Shown one piece after another: positions 20,196 to 32,808 of a stretch of DNA of 49,700 nucleotides (positions are counted from its first letter, which is position 1; each line of letters begins with the position of its first letter). The notes under the pieces are model-generated. The model made no database searches and was not told where the DNA came from. It saw nothing but the letters and a program-made list of their open reading frames with translations. This stretch comes from Escherichia coli. GTDB lineage: Bacteria > Pseudomonadota > Gammaproteobacteria > Enterobacterales > Enterobacteriaceae. A program made the position numbers and the translations under genes. The stretch lies in assembly GCF_003334255.1 (NCBI RefSeq), contig NZ_QOWU01000038.1; one strand, given 5' to 3'.

Positions 20196-21416
20196 TTAAT
20201 TTTCCAGCAAATGCTGGAGCAAAATACCGTTGAGCATGGCGCGTTTTACCAGCGCAAAAGCGCCGATTGCCGAGCGGTGATCCAGCTCAGAACGTACCAC
20301 CGGCAGATTAGTGCGAAACGCCTTCAGCGCCTGGGTATTAATGCAGCTTTCAATAGCAGGGAGCAGCACTTTATCGGCTTCGGTGATTTCACCGGCAATA
20401 ACAATTTTTTGCGGATTAAATAAGTTGATAGCAATGGCGATGGTTTTACCCAGATGACGACCGACATACTCAATTACTTCCGACGCCAGACTATCGCCTT
20501 TGTTCGCGGCTTTGCAGATAGTTTTGATGGTGCAGTCGTCCAGCGGCACGCGGCTCTGGTAGCCCTGCTTTAACAGATTCAACACCCGTTGTTCAATGGC
20601 AGCGTTGGCAGCGATAGTTTCCAGGCAGCCAAAGTTGCCGCAGTGGCAGCGTTCACCCAGCGGTTCGACCTGAATATGGCCAATTTCACCGACGTTGCCG
20701 TTGCGGCCAATAAAAATGCGCCCGTTAGAGATAATCCCGGCCCCGGTTCCGCGATGGACACGCACCAGAATGGAGTCTTCGCAATCCTGACTTGCACCGA
20801 AGTAGTGCTCCGCCAGCGCCAGACTACGGATATCGTGACCAACGAAACAGGTCACTTTAAAACGTTCTTCCAGAGCTTCTACCAGCCCCCAGTTTTCTAC
20901 CTGAATATGCGGCATGTAATGAATTTTGCCGCTGTCCGGGTCAACAAGCCCTGGCAGGATCACCGAAATCGCGATCAGCTCGCGCAGTTTGCGCTGGTAG
21001 CTATCAATAAACTGAGCAATGGCATTCAACAGGGCATGTTCCAGCGTTTGCTGGGTACGTTCCGGCAGCGGGTAATGTTCTTCTGCCAGCACTTTGCTGC
21101 TGAGATCAAACAGAGTGATGGTGGCGTCATGACGACCAAGCCGTACGCCGATTGCGTGGAAATTGCGGGTTTCGGTGACGATGGAGATAGCGCGGCGGCC
21201 CCCGGTGGAGGCCTGCTGATCAACTTCTTTGATCAGCCCGCGTTCGATAAGCTGACGCGTAATTTTGGTTACGCTGGCGGGGGCAAGCTGGCTTTGCTCG
21301 GCAATCTGAATCCGCGAGATTGGCCCGTACTGGTCAATCAGGCGATAAACCGCCGCGCTGTTAAGCTGTTTTACGAGATCAACATTACCTATCTGAGCTT
21401 GTCCGCCTGGTGTCAT
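20196..21416 (-). CDS. nagC: ROK-family transcriptional repressor of GlcNAc utilisation
   Basis: 406 aa; N-terminal helix-turn-helix plus ROK sugar-kinase-like domain (CHCGNFGCLE zinc motif). Confidence 0.9.
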   Translation of the reverse strand: MTPGGQAQIGNVDLVKQLNSAAVYRLIDQYGPISRIQIAEQSQLAPASVTKITRQLIERGLIKEVDQQASTGGRRAISIVTETRNFHAIGVRLGRHDATITLFDLSSKVLAEEHYPLPERTQQTLEHALLNAIAQFIDSYQRKLRELIAISVILPGLVDPDSGKIHYMPHIQVENWGLVEALEERFKVTCFVGHDIRSLALAEHYFGASQDCEDSILVRVHRGTGAGIISNGRIFIGRNGNVGEIGHIQVEPLGERCHCGNFGCLETIAANAAIEQRVLNLLKQGYQSRVPLDDCTIKTICKAANKGDSLASEVIEYVGRHLGKTIAIAINLFNPQKIVIAGEITEADKVLLPAIESCINTQALKAFRTNLPVVRSELDHRSAIGAFALVKRAMLNGILLQHLLEN

Positions 21417-21424
21417 ACTTTCTC

Positions 21425-23433
<2,009 letters not shown>

Positions 23434-23620
23434 TATTCACCTCAATAAGTAAAATGTAAGCCGTTGGCGGATTAGGCATCTTTAAGCGTAACCTGGATTT
23501 GCGCAGACAGGCGTCAATCCGACCTGATTTTTTGAATGATAAAATAAGTTTTCTGGTTTAGCCAGTAAAAGGGAGTGATGATAACGATATTTGGTGACAA
23601 AACTCACAAAAGACACGCGT

Positions 23621-23645
23621 TTAATTTGCGATACGAATTAAATTT
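23621..23645. promoter_or_regulatory. NagC operator-like palindrome in the divergent nagB-nagE control region
   Basis: ttaatttgcgatacgaattaaattt (TTAATT..AATTAA inverted repeat) between the divergently transcribed nagB and nagE. Confidence 0.55.
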
Positions 23646-23765
23646 TCACACACTCTGTAGCAGATGATCTAACAATCTGATTACAGAACATCGGCAGTAC
23701 AATTTGCAGCAAAATAAAAATACGGCTTGAAACGAGCCAAATAGGGTTCTCGTAGGGGGAATAAG

Positions 23766-25712
23766 ATGAATATTTTAGGTTTTTTCCAGCGACTCGGTAG
23801 GGCGTTACAGCTCCCTATCGCGGTGCTGCCGGTGGCGGCACTGTTGCTGCGATTCGGTCAGCCAGATTTACTTAACGTTGCGTTTATTGCCCAGGCGGGC
23901 GGTGCGATTTTTGATAACCTCGCATTAATCTTCGCCATCGGTGTGGCATCCAGCTGGTCGAAAGACAGCGCTGGTGCGGCGGCGCTGGCGGGTGCGGTAG
24001 GTTACTTTGTGTTAACCAAAGCGATGGTGACCATCAACCCAGAAATTAACATGGGTGTACTGGCGGGTATCATTACCGGTCTGGTTGGTGGCGCAGCCTA
24101 TAACCGTTGGTCCGATATTAAACTGCCGGACTTCCTGAGCTTCTTCGGCGGCAAACGCTTTGTGCCGATTGCCACCGGATTCTTCTGCCTGGTGCTGGCG
24201 GCCATTTTTGGTTACGTCTGGCCGCCGGTACAGCACGCTATCCATGCAGGCGGCGAGTGGATCGTTTCTGCGGGCGCGCTGGGTTCCGGTATCTTTGGTT
24301 TCATCAACCGTCTGCTGATCCCAACCGGTCTGCATCAGGTACTGAACACCATCGCCTGGTTCCAGATTGGTGAATTCACCAACGCGGCGGGTACGGTTTT
24401 CCACGGTGACATTAACCGCTTCTATGCCGGTGACGGCACCGCGGGGATGTTCATGTCCGGCTTCTTCCCGATCATGATGTTCGGTCTGCCGGGTGCGGCG
24501 CTGGCGATGTACTTCGCAGCACCGAAAGAGCGTCGTCCGATGGTTGGCGGTATGCTGCTTTCTGTTGCTGTTACTGCGTTCCTGACCGGTGTGACTGAGC
24601 CGCTGGAATTCCTGTTCATGTTCCTTGCTCCGCTGCTGTACCTCCTGCACGCACTGCTGACCGGTATCAGCCTGTTTGTGGCAACGCTGCTGGGTATCCA
24701 CGCGGGCTTCTCTTTCTCTGCGGGGGCTATCGACTACGCGTTGATGTATAACCTGCCGGCCGCCAGCCAGAACGTCTGGATGCTGCTGGTGATGGGCGTT
24801 ATCTTCTTCGCTATCTACTTCGTGGTGTTCAGTTTGGTTATCCGCATGTTCAACCTGAAAACGCCGGGTCGTGAAGATAAAGAAGACGAGATCGTTACTG
24901 AAGAAGCCAACAGCAACACTGAAGAAGGTCTGACTCAACTGGCAACCAACTATATTGCTGCGGTTGGCGGCACTGACAACCTGAAAGCGATTGACGCCTG
25001 TATCACCCGTCTGCGCCTTACAGTGGCTGACTCTGCCCGCGTTAACGATACGATGTGTAAACGTCTGGGTGCTTCTGGGGTAGTGAAACTGAACAAACAG
25101 ACTATTCAGGTGATTGTTGGCGCGAAAGCAGAATCCATCGGCGATGCGATGAAGAAAGTCGTTGCCCGTGGTCCGGTAGCCGCTGCGTCAGCTGAAGCAA
25201 CTCCGGCAACTGCCGCGCCTGTAGCAAAACCGCAGGCTGTACCAAACGCGGTATCTATCGCGGAGCTGGTATCGCCGATTACCGGTGATGTCGTGGCACT
25301 GGATCAGGTTCCTGACGAAGCATTCGCCAGCAAAGCGGTGGGTGACGGTGTGGCGGTGAAACCGACAGATAAAATCGTCGTATCACCAGCCGCAGGGACA
25401 ATCGTGAAAATCTTCAACACCAACCACGCGTTCTGCCTGGAAACCGAAAAAGGCGCGGAGATCGTCGTCCATATGGGTATCGACACCGTAGCGCTGGAAG
25501 GTAAAGGCTTTAAACGTCTGGTGGAAGAGGGTGCGCAGGTAAGCGCAGGGCAACCGATTCTGGAAATGGATCTGGATTACCTGAACGCTAACGCCCGCTC
25601 GATGATTAGCCCGGTGGTTTGCAGCAATATCGACGATTTCAGTGGCTTGATCATTAAAGCTCAGGGCCATGTTGTGGCGGGTCAAACACCGCTGTATGAA
25701 ATCAAAAAGTAA
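23766..25712 (+). CDS. nagE: PTS N-acetylglucosamine-specific EIICBA component
   Basis: 648 aa; N-terminal membrane EIIC, EIIB cysteine motif (ITRLRLTVAD-like), C-terminal EIIA. Confidence 0.9.
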   Translation: MNILGFFQRLGRALQLPIAVLPVAALLLRFGQPDLLNVAFIAQAGGAIFDNLALIFAIGVASSWSKDSAGAAALAGAVGYFVLTKAMVTINPEINMGVLAGIITGLVGGAAYNRWSDIKLPDFLSFFGGKRFVPIATGFFCLVLAAIFGYVWPPVQHAIHAGGEWIVSAGALGSGIFGFINRLLIPTGLHQVLNTIAWFQIGEFTNAAGTVFHGDINRFYAGDGTAGMFMSGFFPIMMFGLPGAALAMYFAAPKERRPMVGGMLLSVAVTAFLTGVTEPLEFLFMFLAPLLYLLHALLTGISLFVATLLGIHAGFSFSAGAIDYALMYNLPAASQNVWMLLVMGVIFFAIYFVVFSLVIRMFNLKTPGREDKEDEIVTEEANSNTEEGLTQLATNYIAAVGGTDNLKAIDACITRLRLTVADSARVNDTMCKRLGASGVVKLNKQTIQVIVGAKAESIGDAMKKVVARGPVAAASAEATPATAAPVAKPQAVPNAVSIAELVSPITGDVVALDQVPDEAFASKAVGDGVAVKPTDKIVVSPAAGTIVKIFNTNHAFCLETEKGAEIVVHMGIDTVALEGKGFKRLVEEGAQVSAGQPILEMDLDYLNANARSMISPVVCSNIDDFSGLIIKAQGHVVAGQTPLYEIKK

Positions 25713-25761
25713 TCTGCTTTATGCCTGATGCGACGCTTGAGCGTCGCATCCAACAATGACA

Positions 25762-25796
25762 AGCGGTGGAGATCTTCTCTGCCGCTTTTTTTTTCA
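25762..25796 (+). terminator. Intrinsic terminator after nagE
   Basis: gcggtggagatcttctctgccgc followed by a T9 run; preceded by a REP-like palindrome gcctgatgcgacgcttgagcgtcgcatc. Confidence 0.6.
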
Positions 25797-25914
25797 TCAA
25801 TCATCCCCATAATCCTTGTTAGATTATCAATTTTAAAAAACTAACAGTTGTCAGCCTGTCCCGCTTATAAGATCATACGCCGTTATACGTTGTTTACGCT
25901 TTGAGGAATCCACG

Positions 25915-27579
25915 ATGAGTGAGGCAGAAGCCCGCCCGACTAACTTTATCCGTCAGATCATCGATGAAGATCTGGCCAGTGGTAAGCACACCACAGTACA
26001 CACCCGTTTCCCGCCGGAGCCGAATGGCTATCTGCATATTGGCCATGCGAAATCTATCTGCCTGAACTTCGGGATCGCCCAGGACTATAAAGGCCAGTGC
26101 AACCTGCGTTTCGACGACACTAACCCGGTAAAAGAAGATATCGAGTATGTTGAGTCGATCAAAAACGACGTAGAGTGGTTAGGTTTTCACTGGTCTGGTA
26201 ACGTCCGTTACTCCTCCGATTATTTTGATCAGCTCCACGCCTATGCGATCGAACTGATCAATAAAGGCCTGGCGTACGTTGATGAACTGACGCCGGAACA
26301 GATCCGCGAATACCGCGGCACCCTGACGCAACCGGGTAAAAACAGCCCGTACCGCGACCGCAGCGTTGAAGAGAACCTGGCGCTGTTCGAAAAAATGCGT
26401 GCCGGTGGTTTTGAAGAAGGTAAAGCCTGCCTGCGTGCGAAAATCGACATGGCTTCACCGTTTATCGTGATGCGCGATCCGGTGCTGTACCGTATTAAAT
26501 TTGCTGAACACCACCAGACTGGCAACAAGTGGTGCATCTACCCGATGTACGACTTCACCCACTGCATCAGCGATGCCCTGGAAGGTATTACGCACTCTCT
26601 GTGTACGCTTGAGTTCCAGGACAACCGTCGTCTGTACGACTGGGTACTGGACAACATCACGATTCCTGTTCACCCGCGCCAGTATGAGTTCTCGCGCCTG
26701 AATCTGGAATACACCGTGATGTCCAAGCGTAAGTTGAACCTGCTGGTGACCGACAAGCACGTTGAAGGCTGGGATGACCCGCGTATGCCGACCATTTCCG
26801 GTCTGCGTCGTCGTGGTTACACTGCGGCTTCTATTCGTGAGTTCTGCAAACGCATCGGCGTGACCAAGCAGGACAACACCATTGAGATGGCGTCGCTGGA
26901 ATCCTGCATCCGTGAAGATCTCAACGAAAATGCGCCGCGCGCAATGGCGGTTATCGATCCGGTGAAACTGGTTATCGAAAACTATCAGGGCGAAGGCGAA
27001 ATGGTTACCATGCCGAACCATCCGAACAAACCGGAAATGGGCAGCCGTCAGGTGCCGTTTAGCGGTGAGATTTGGATTGATCGCGCCGATTTCCGCGAAG
27101 AAGCTAACAAGCAGTACAAACGTCTGGTGCTGGGTAAAGAAGTGCGTCTGCGTAATGCTTATGTGATTAAGGCAGAACGCGTCGAGAAAGATGCCGAAGG
27201 TAATATCACCACCATCTTCTGTACTTATGACGCCGATACCTTAAGCAAAGATCCGGCAGATGGTCGTAAAGTCAAAGGTGTTATTCACTGGGTGAGCGCG
27301 GCACATGCGCTGCCGGTTGAAATCCGTTTGTATGACCGTCTGTTCAGCGTGCCTAACCCAGGTGCTGCGGATGATTTCCTGTCGGTGATTAACCCGGAAT
27401 CGCTGGTGATCAAACAGGGCTTTGCTGAACCGTCGCTGAAAGATGCGGTTGCGGGTAAAGCATTCCAGTTTGAGCGTGAAGGTTACTTCTGCCTCGATAG
27501 CCGCCATTCTACGGCGGAAAAACCGGTATTTAACCGCACCGTTGGGCTGCGTGATACCTGGGCGAAAGTAGGCGAGTAA
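25915..27579 (+). CDS. glnS: Glutaminyl-tRNA synthetase
   Basis: 554 aa; class I HIGH motif ([14 protein letters not shown]) and VMSKR (KMSKS-type) motif. Confidence 0.9.
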
Positions 27580-27589
27580 TTTTAAGTTT

Positions 27590-27770
27590 CGCTATGCCGG
27601 ATGGGGCGTTTACGTCGCATCCGGCAAGGAACAGACAAACAGTTTCAAACGCTAAATTGCCTGATGCGCTACGCTTATCAGGCCTACATGATCTCTGCAA
27701 TATATTGAGTTTGCGTGCTTTTGTAGGCCGGATAAGGCGTTCACGCCGCATCCGGCAAGAAACAGCAAAC
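27590..27770. repeat. BIME/REP cluster downstream of glnS
   Basis: gccggatggggcgtttacgtcgcatccggca, gcctgatgcgctacgcttatcaggcctac, gtaggccggataaggcgttcacgccgcatccggca. Confidence 0.7.
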
Positions 27771-27776
27771 AATCCA

Positions 27777-27803
27777 AAACGCCGCGTTCAGCGGCGTTTT
27801 TTC
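27777..27803 (+). terminator. Intrinsic terminator
   Basis: aaaa-cgccgc-gttca-gcggcg-tttttt. Confidence 0.7.
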
Positions 27804-28025
27804 TGCTTTTCTTCGCGAATTAATTCCGCTTCGCAATTTATCCATAAAATAAATTTAAAATAACAAAACATAATTAAATAAAATGTAACCGCTTTCATCT
27901 TGCTGGAATTTCACGCTTTTATTCTTCTGCAAGCCTTTCAACCGCAAACTTAAGCCTTGTAACAAAAATCATCAAAATATGTGCGGTTGCTCATGTTCTT
28001 ACATTCTGGTTACAGAAAGAGATTG

Positions 28026-28046
28026 ATAATTCGCGTCGCGAAAAAT
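28026..28046. promoter_or_regulatory. NagC-box-like palindrome upstream of chiP
   Basis: ataattcgcgtcgcgaaaaat (TTCGCG/CGCGAA inverted repeat) in an AT-rich promoter region. Confidence 0.45.
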
Positions 28047-28136
28047 AGTCTGTTCCTGTAGTCAGCGAGACTTTTCTCAACGCTACTTTTTTAATTTTTA
28101 TTTTTTCGCTGTTCACCTTTGGTGCAGCAATTTATA

Positions 28137-28148
28137 CGTCAAAGAGGA
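28137..28148 (+). promoter_or_regulatory. Predicted ChiX sRNA pairing site over the chiP ribosome-binding site
   Basis: cgtcaaagagga, 8 nt before ATG 28156, is complementary to the UCCUCUUUGACG core I recall for ChiX. Confidence 0.5.
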
Positions 28149-28155
28149 TTAACCC

Positions 28156-29562
28156 ATGCGTACGTTTAGTGGCAAACGTAGTACGCTGGCGCTGGCTATC
28201 GCCGGTGTTACAGCAATGTCGGGCTTTATGGCAATGCCGGAGGCTCGCGCCGAAGGATTCATCGACGATTCAACCTTAACCGGCGGTATCTATTACTGGC
28301 AGCGTGAACGCGACCGTAAAGATGTTACCGACGGCGACAAATACAAAACCAACCTTTCTCACTCCACCTGGAATGCCAACCTCGATTTTCAGTCCGGTTA
28401 TGCTGCTGATATGTTCGGCCTTGATATTGCTGCGTTTACGGCGATTGAAATGGCGGAAAACGGCGACAGCTCCCACCCGAACGAAATCGCGTTTTCAAAA
28501 AGTAATAAAGCCTATGACGAAGACTGGTCCGGCGACAAAAGCGGTATAAGCCTGTATAAAGCTGCGGCCAAATTTAAATACGGTCCGGTTTGGGCGAGGG
28601 CAGGTTACATTCAGCCAACTGGTCAAACGCTGTTAGCGCCGCACTGGAGCTTTATGCCAGGTACTTATCAGGGGGCGGAAGCCGGGGCGAATTTTGATTA
28701 CGGCGATGCTGGTGCGTTGAGTTTCTCCTACATGTGGACCAACGAATACAAAGCGCCGTGGCATCTGGAAATGGATGAGTTTTATCAGAACGATAAAACC
28801 ACCAAAGTTGATTATCTGCACTCCTTTGGGGCGAAATACGACTTCAAAAATAACTTCGTACTGGAAGCGGCATTTGGTCAGGCGGAAGGGTATATCGATC
28901 AATATTTTGCCAAAGCCAGCTACAAATTTGATATCGCCGGTAGCCCGTTAACCACCAGCTACCAGTTCTACGGTACCCGAGATAAAGTTGACGATCGCAG
29001 CGTCAACGACCTTTATGACGGCACCGCCTGGCTGCAAGCGTTGACCTTTGGTTACCGGGCGGCTGACGTAGTGGATTTGCGCCTCGAAGGCACCTGGGTT
29101 AAGGCTGACGGTCAGCAGGGATACTTCCTGCAACGTATGACTCCAACCTACGCTTCCTCAAACGGTCGCCTGGATATCTGGTGGGATAACCGTTCTGACT
29201 TCAACGCCAACGGCGAAAAAGCGGTCTTCTTCGGTGCGATGTATGACCTGAAAAACTGGAATCTTCCAGGCTTCGCCATCGGCGCTTCCTACGTTTACGC
29301 ATGGGATGCTAAACCTGCGACCTGGCAGAGCAATCCGGATGCGTACTACGACAAAAACCGGACTATTGAAGAGTCTGCCTACAGCCTGGATGCGGTCTAT
29401 ACCATTCAGGACGGTCGCGCCAAAGGCACGATGTTCAAACTGCATTTCACCGAATACGACAACCACTCCGACATCCCAAGCTGGGGCGGTGGTTACGGCA
29501 ACATCTTCCAGGATGAGCGTGACGTGAAATTTATGGTAATCGCACCATTCACCATCTTCTGA
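28156..29562 (+). CDS. chiP: Chitooligosaccharide-specific outer-membrane porin
   Basis: 468 aa; signal peptide ending AMPEARA; beta-barrel-like alternating pattern and C-terminal aromatic residue. Confidence 0.85.
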   Translation: MRTFSGKRSTLALAIAGVTAMSGFMAMPEARAEGFIDDSTLTGGIYYWQRERDRKDVTDGDKYKTNLSHSTWNANLDFQSGYAADMFGLDIAAFTAIEMAENGDSSHPNEIAFSKSNKAYDEDWSGDKSGISLYKAAAKFKYGPVWARAGYIQPTGQTLLAPHWSFMPGTYQGAEAGANFDYGDAGALSFSYMWTNEYKAPWHLEMDEFYQNDKTTKVDYLHSFGAKYDFKNNFVLEAAFGQAEGYIDQYFAKASYKFDIAGSPLTTSYQFYGTRDKVDDRSVNDLYDGTAWLQALTFGYRAADVVDLRLEGTWVKADGQQGYFLQRMTPTYASSNGRLDIWWDNRSDFNANGEKAVFFGAMYDLKNWNLPGFAIGASYVYAWDAKPATWQSNPDAYYDKNRTIEESAYSLDAVYTIQDGRAKGTMFKLHFTEYDNHSDIPSWGGGYGNIFQDERDVKFMVIAPFTIF

Positions 29563-29611
29563 TGCCCGACGCGGCAGGTTTTGTGCCTGCCGCACGTTTG
29601 AGGAATTTGCT

Positions 29612-29938
29612 ATGAAAAAACTGATTCTCATCGCCATAATGGCATCGGGGCTGGTAGCTTGTGCGCAATCAACCGCGCCACAGGAAGACAGTCGTCTGAA
29701 AGAGGCATACAGCGCCTGTATCAACACCGCACAAGGTTCGCCAGAAAAAATTGAAGCCTGCCAGAGCGTGTTAAACGTGCTGAAGAAAGAGAAACAACAT
29801 CAGCAGTTTGCCGACCAGGAAAGTGTACGCGTACTGGATTATCAGCAGTGTCTGCGTGCAACGCAAACCGGAAATGATCAGGCGGTGAAAGCCGATTGTG
29901 ATAAAGTCTGGCAGGAAATACGCAGTAATAACAAATAA
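29612..29938 (+). CDS. chiQ: Small lipoprotein cotranscribed with chiP
   Basis: 108 aa; lipobox LVAC after a signal peptide. Confidence 0.8.
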   Translation: MKKLILIAIMASGLVACAQSTAPQEDSRLKEAYSACINTAQGSPEKIEACQSVLNVLKKEKQHQQFADQESVRVLDYQQCLRATQTGNDQAVKADCDKVWQEIRSNNK

Positions 29939-29979
29939 GTGAGAGCTGTAACTCTCGCTTTTCTTATTTCCCTTGCATA

Positions 29980-30008
29980 AAAAAGCCAACCCGCAGGTTG
30001 GCTTTTCT
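29980..30008. terminator. Bidirectional terminator between chiQ and fur
   Basis: aaaa-agccaacc-cgca-ggttggct-tttt, with runs on both sides. Confidence 0.7.
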
Positions 30009-30021
30009 CGTTCAGGCTGGC

Positions 30022-30468
30022 TTATTTGCCTTCGTGCGCATGTTCATCTTCGCGGCAATCGCCTTCGGCACAGTGACCGTAAAGATAGAGACTGTGGTTA
30101 GTCAGGCGAATGCCATGTTTTGCGGCAATTTCACGCTGACGCGCTTCGATGGAATCATCACTAAATTCGATAACCTTGCCGCAGTCGAGGCAGATCAGGT
30201 GATCGTGGTGATGTTGCTGTGTCAGTTCAAATACGGATTTACCGCCTTCAAAATTGTGGCGGGTGACGATACCAGCGTCGTCAAACTGGTTCAGTACGCG
30301 ATATACCGTAGCCAGACCAATTTCTTCACCCATATCGATCAGACGTTTGTATAAATCTTCCGCACTGACGTGATGGTTGTCCGGCTCCTGAAGAACTTCC
30401 AGGATTTTTAAACGAGGAAGCGTTACTTTCAGGCCAGCTTTCTTTAGGGCGGTATTGTTATCAGTCAT
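30022..30468 (-). CDS. fur: Ferric uptake regulator
   Basis: 148 aa; MTDNNTALKKAGLKVTLPRLKILEVLQ.. and C-terminal His/Cys-rich metal site. Confidence 0.95.
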   Translation of the reverse strand: MTDNNTALKKAGLKVTLPRLKILEVLQEPDNHHVSAEDLYKRLIDMGEEIGLATVYRVLNQFDDAGIVTRHNFEGGKSVFELTQQHHHDHLICLDCGKVIEFSDDSIEARQREIAAKHGIRLTNHSLYLYGHCAEGDCREDEHAHEGK

Positions 30469-30547
30469 GCGGAATCTGTCCTGTTACTAAGCGGTTCACT
30501 TCATTAGAAGAAGTGACAGAATTTGCTCTTGAGATAATGCGTATCAT
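30461..30547 (-). CDS. uof: Leader ORF upstream of fur (28 codons), translationally coupled
   Basis: MIRIISRANSVTSSNEVNRLVTGQIPHD; stop 30463-30461 overlaps the fur ATG region by 8 nt. Confidence 0.6.
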   Translation of the reverse strand: MIRIISRANSVTSSNEVNRLVTGQIPHD

Positions 30548-30550
30548 TAT
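30532..30550. promoter_or_regulatory. Fur-box-like palindrome
   Basis: gataatgcgtatcattata matches GATAATGATAATCATTATC at 16 of 19 positions and overlaps the uof start codon. Confidence 0.5.
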
Positions 30551-30756
30551 AGAATTGCCACGCCTAAATGAAAACCACAAGTCCCTGGCAAATATTGTTA
30601 ATAAAAACGTGGCACAGCTTACATTTACAACGGCAAGGCCACTTGAACACCGGGACATTGTACAGGTACAACAGCAAAAGTTACAAATTTGTAGCAATTA
30701 TTTTGATTGGCATTATCTATTAATACGGCGTAGACATGAGTCTACGCCGCATCACA

Positions 30757-31287
30757 TCAGGCATTGAGAATTTCGTCGAGATGCAACTCTTCAGAAATCT
30801 GTTTAACCCATTTTTCTACACGTTCAGCGGTCAGTTCCGGCTGACGGTCTTCGTCGATAGCCAGACCGACAAAGTGGTCGTCATCTGCCAGACCTTTTGA
30901 TGCTTCGAAATGATAGCCCGCAGTTGGCCAGTGACCAACGATGGTTGCACCGCGCGGTTCAATGATGTCGCGGATGGTGCCCAATGCGTCGCAGAAATAT
31001 TCGGCGTAATCTTCCTGGTCACCACAACCAAACAGCGCAACCAGTTTGCCGTTGAAATCAATCTCTTCGAGAGTCGGGAAGAAGTCATCCCAGTCACACT
31101 GCGCTTCGCCGTAATACCAGGTTGGGATGCCCAGCAGCAGAATGTCATAAGCTTCCAGATCTTCTTTGCTGCTTTTTGCAATGTCATGGACATCGGCAAC
31201 GTCTTTACCAAGCTGTTTTTGAATCATTTTTGCGATATTTTCGGTATTACCGGTGTCGCTGCCGAAAAAGATGCCAGTGATAGCCAT
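30757..31287 (-). CDS. fldA: Flavodoxin 1
   Basis: Start refined to ATG 31287 ([19 protein letters not shown]-binding loop, 176 aa); the track ORF is extended by 39 codons. Confidence 0.9.
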
Positions 31288-31426
31288 GAGTGAAATAACC
31301 TCTTGAAACTTATTGAAATGGGGGTGGAAAATTGCCCACGGATAAAGGCAATCATAGCAGAACAGGCAGTCTTGCGGAATCAGCAAACGAGCAGGACTGC
31401 ACACTGTGCTACATGAAAGTGGAAAT

Positions 31427-31720
31427 TTAAACGATGCCCTGACTACGCAGCGCCGCCAGTTGCTGCATTAACATCTCTTCGATCAGTTCGCTACGGCTCA
31501 TATTGCGCGACTCCGCCAGCTCGTTCAGCGCCTCGACAGCTTCCGCGTTCAGCTTCAGTTCGACACGCTTAAGGCCACGTACTTTGTCGCGTTTTAGCTG
31601 GTTGCGTTTATTAATACGCAGCTGTTCATCGCGCGAAAGCGGATTAGTTTTCGGTCGTCCCGGTCGACGCTCGTGCGCGAACAGATCTAATGTCGTACGG
31701 TCCGTTTGTTCTTTGGCCAT
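31427..31720 (-). CDS. ybfE: Small conserved protein
   Basis: 97 aa from [14 protein letters not shown]..; lysine/arginine-rich central region. Confidence 0.65.
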   Translation of the reverse strand: MAKEQTDRTTLDLFAHERRPGRPKTNPLSRDEQLRINKRNQLKRDKVRGLKRVELKLNAEAVEALNELAESRNMSRSELIEEMLMQQLAALRSQGIV

Positions 31721-31859
31721 GATCTTGGTGACTTCGGGGGAAACAATCAGCCAGGCCTCTGCCCGGATGGATAGCGCGCCATAATACATCAGCGCGATGA
31801 GTCACGCCAACGCCCACGCGCGGAAAGCGACGCGGGCGCTGGGTTTTTAATCAGTTGCG

Positions 31860-32624
31860 TTAATCATTGAGATAGCGACGGATAGCGCGTAATACCGCAT
31901 CCGGTTTTTCAGCATGGACCCAGTGACCCGCGCCTGCAATCACATGCGCCCGTGCCTGTGGAAATTGAGCCAGTAAATCATCACGGTACTGCTCGCTAAC
32001 ATACGGAGAATTGCCGCCAGGGATAAACAGGGCAGGGTGATCCCATGCCGGGATTTTCTCCCAACCTACAATATGCGGATACTGATCCCACAATACCGGC
32101 ACGTTAAAGCGCCACTCCCCGTCAACAAAAGATTTCAGCAGAAACTGAATCACCCCTTCTTCATTAAGATGCTGGCGCATTATTGCTGCTGCTTGCTGGC
32201 GAGTTTGTGCGTCCGATTCACTGACCGCGTTGATAGCCGCAAAAATCTCATCATGACGGCGTACGTGATAGTCGACCGGCGCGATATCGATCGCCACCAG
32301 TTTATCGATGCGATCGGAGGCTAGTGCAGTAAGTGCCATTACCGCTTTACCGCCCATGGAGTGACCGATAAATGTTGCTTTGTCGATCTGCTGTGCATCC
32401 AGAGTATCAACAAGATCCTGCGCCATCGCCGGGTAATTCATTACCGGATCTCTCGGTGAAAGACCGTGGTTACGCATATCAACCTGGATGATATTGTGAT
32501 CGTTTACCAGATCGCGAGCCAGTACGCCAAGGTTGTCGAGGGTGCCAAACAGACCGTGGACAAGAACGATGGGAGAATTATTGTGCTGGTTTTGTGCAGT
32601 TTGCGCGCGGATATTCAATTTCAT
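31860..32624 (-). CDS. ybfF: Alpha/beta-hydrolase fold esterase
   Basis: 254 aa; GHSMGG nucleophile elbow, HG oxyanion motif (VLVHGLFG). Confidence 0.85.
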   Translation of the reverse strand: MKLNIRAQTAQNQHNNSPIVLVHGLFGTLDNLGVLARDLVNDHNIIQVDMRNHGLSPRDPVMNYPAMAQDLVDTLDAQQIDKATFIGHSMGGKAVMALTALASDRIDKLVAIDIAPVDYHVRRHDEIFAAINAVSESDAQTRQQAAAIMRQHLNEEGVIQFLLKSFVDGEWRFNVPVLWDQYPHIVGWEKIPAWDHPALFIPGGNSPYVSEQYRDDLLAQFPQARAHVIAGAGHWVHAEKPDAVLRAIRRYLND

Positions 32625-32808
32625 GGCAAAGTTCTTTTTTTCGCGTTGTCGGGTTAGGGTATTATGTTGACCATTGTGCCACAGGGCTGCAACAAATAAG
32701 GTTTATTCCGAGTTTTTCTGCAAGCCAGGCTTGACGCTATCCGCTGCCGGGATTTATTCATATACTCCTGGCGACTTGTATTCAGCTAAGACACTGCACT
32801 GGATTAAG

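Noticed and set aside
23646-23650. Possible CRP site (TCACA half-site) in the nagB-nagE control region
   Set aside because: Only one clear half-site could be read by eye; without a position weight matrix scan I cannot support calling a full TGTGA-N6-TCACA site.
24012-24938. 308-aa ORF on the minus strand, rich in His, Gln, Arg and Glu
   Set aside because: Antisense within the membrane domain of nagE; low-complexity composition, no ribosome-binding site and no recognisable motif.
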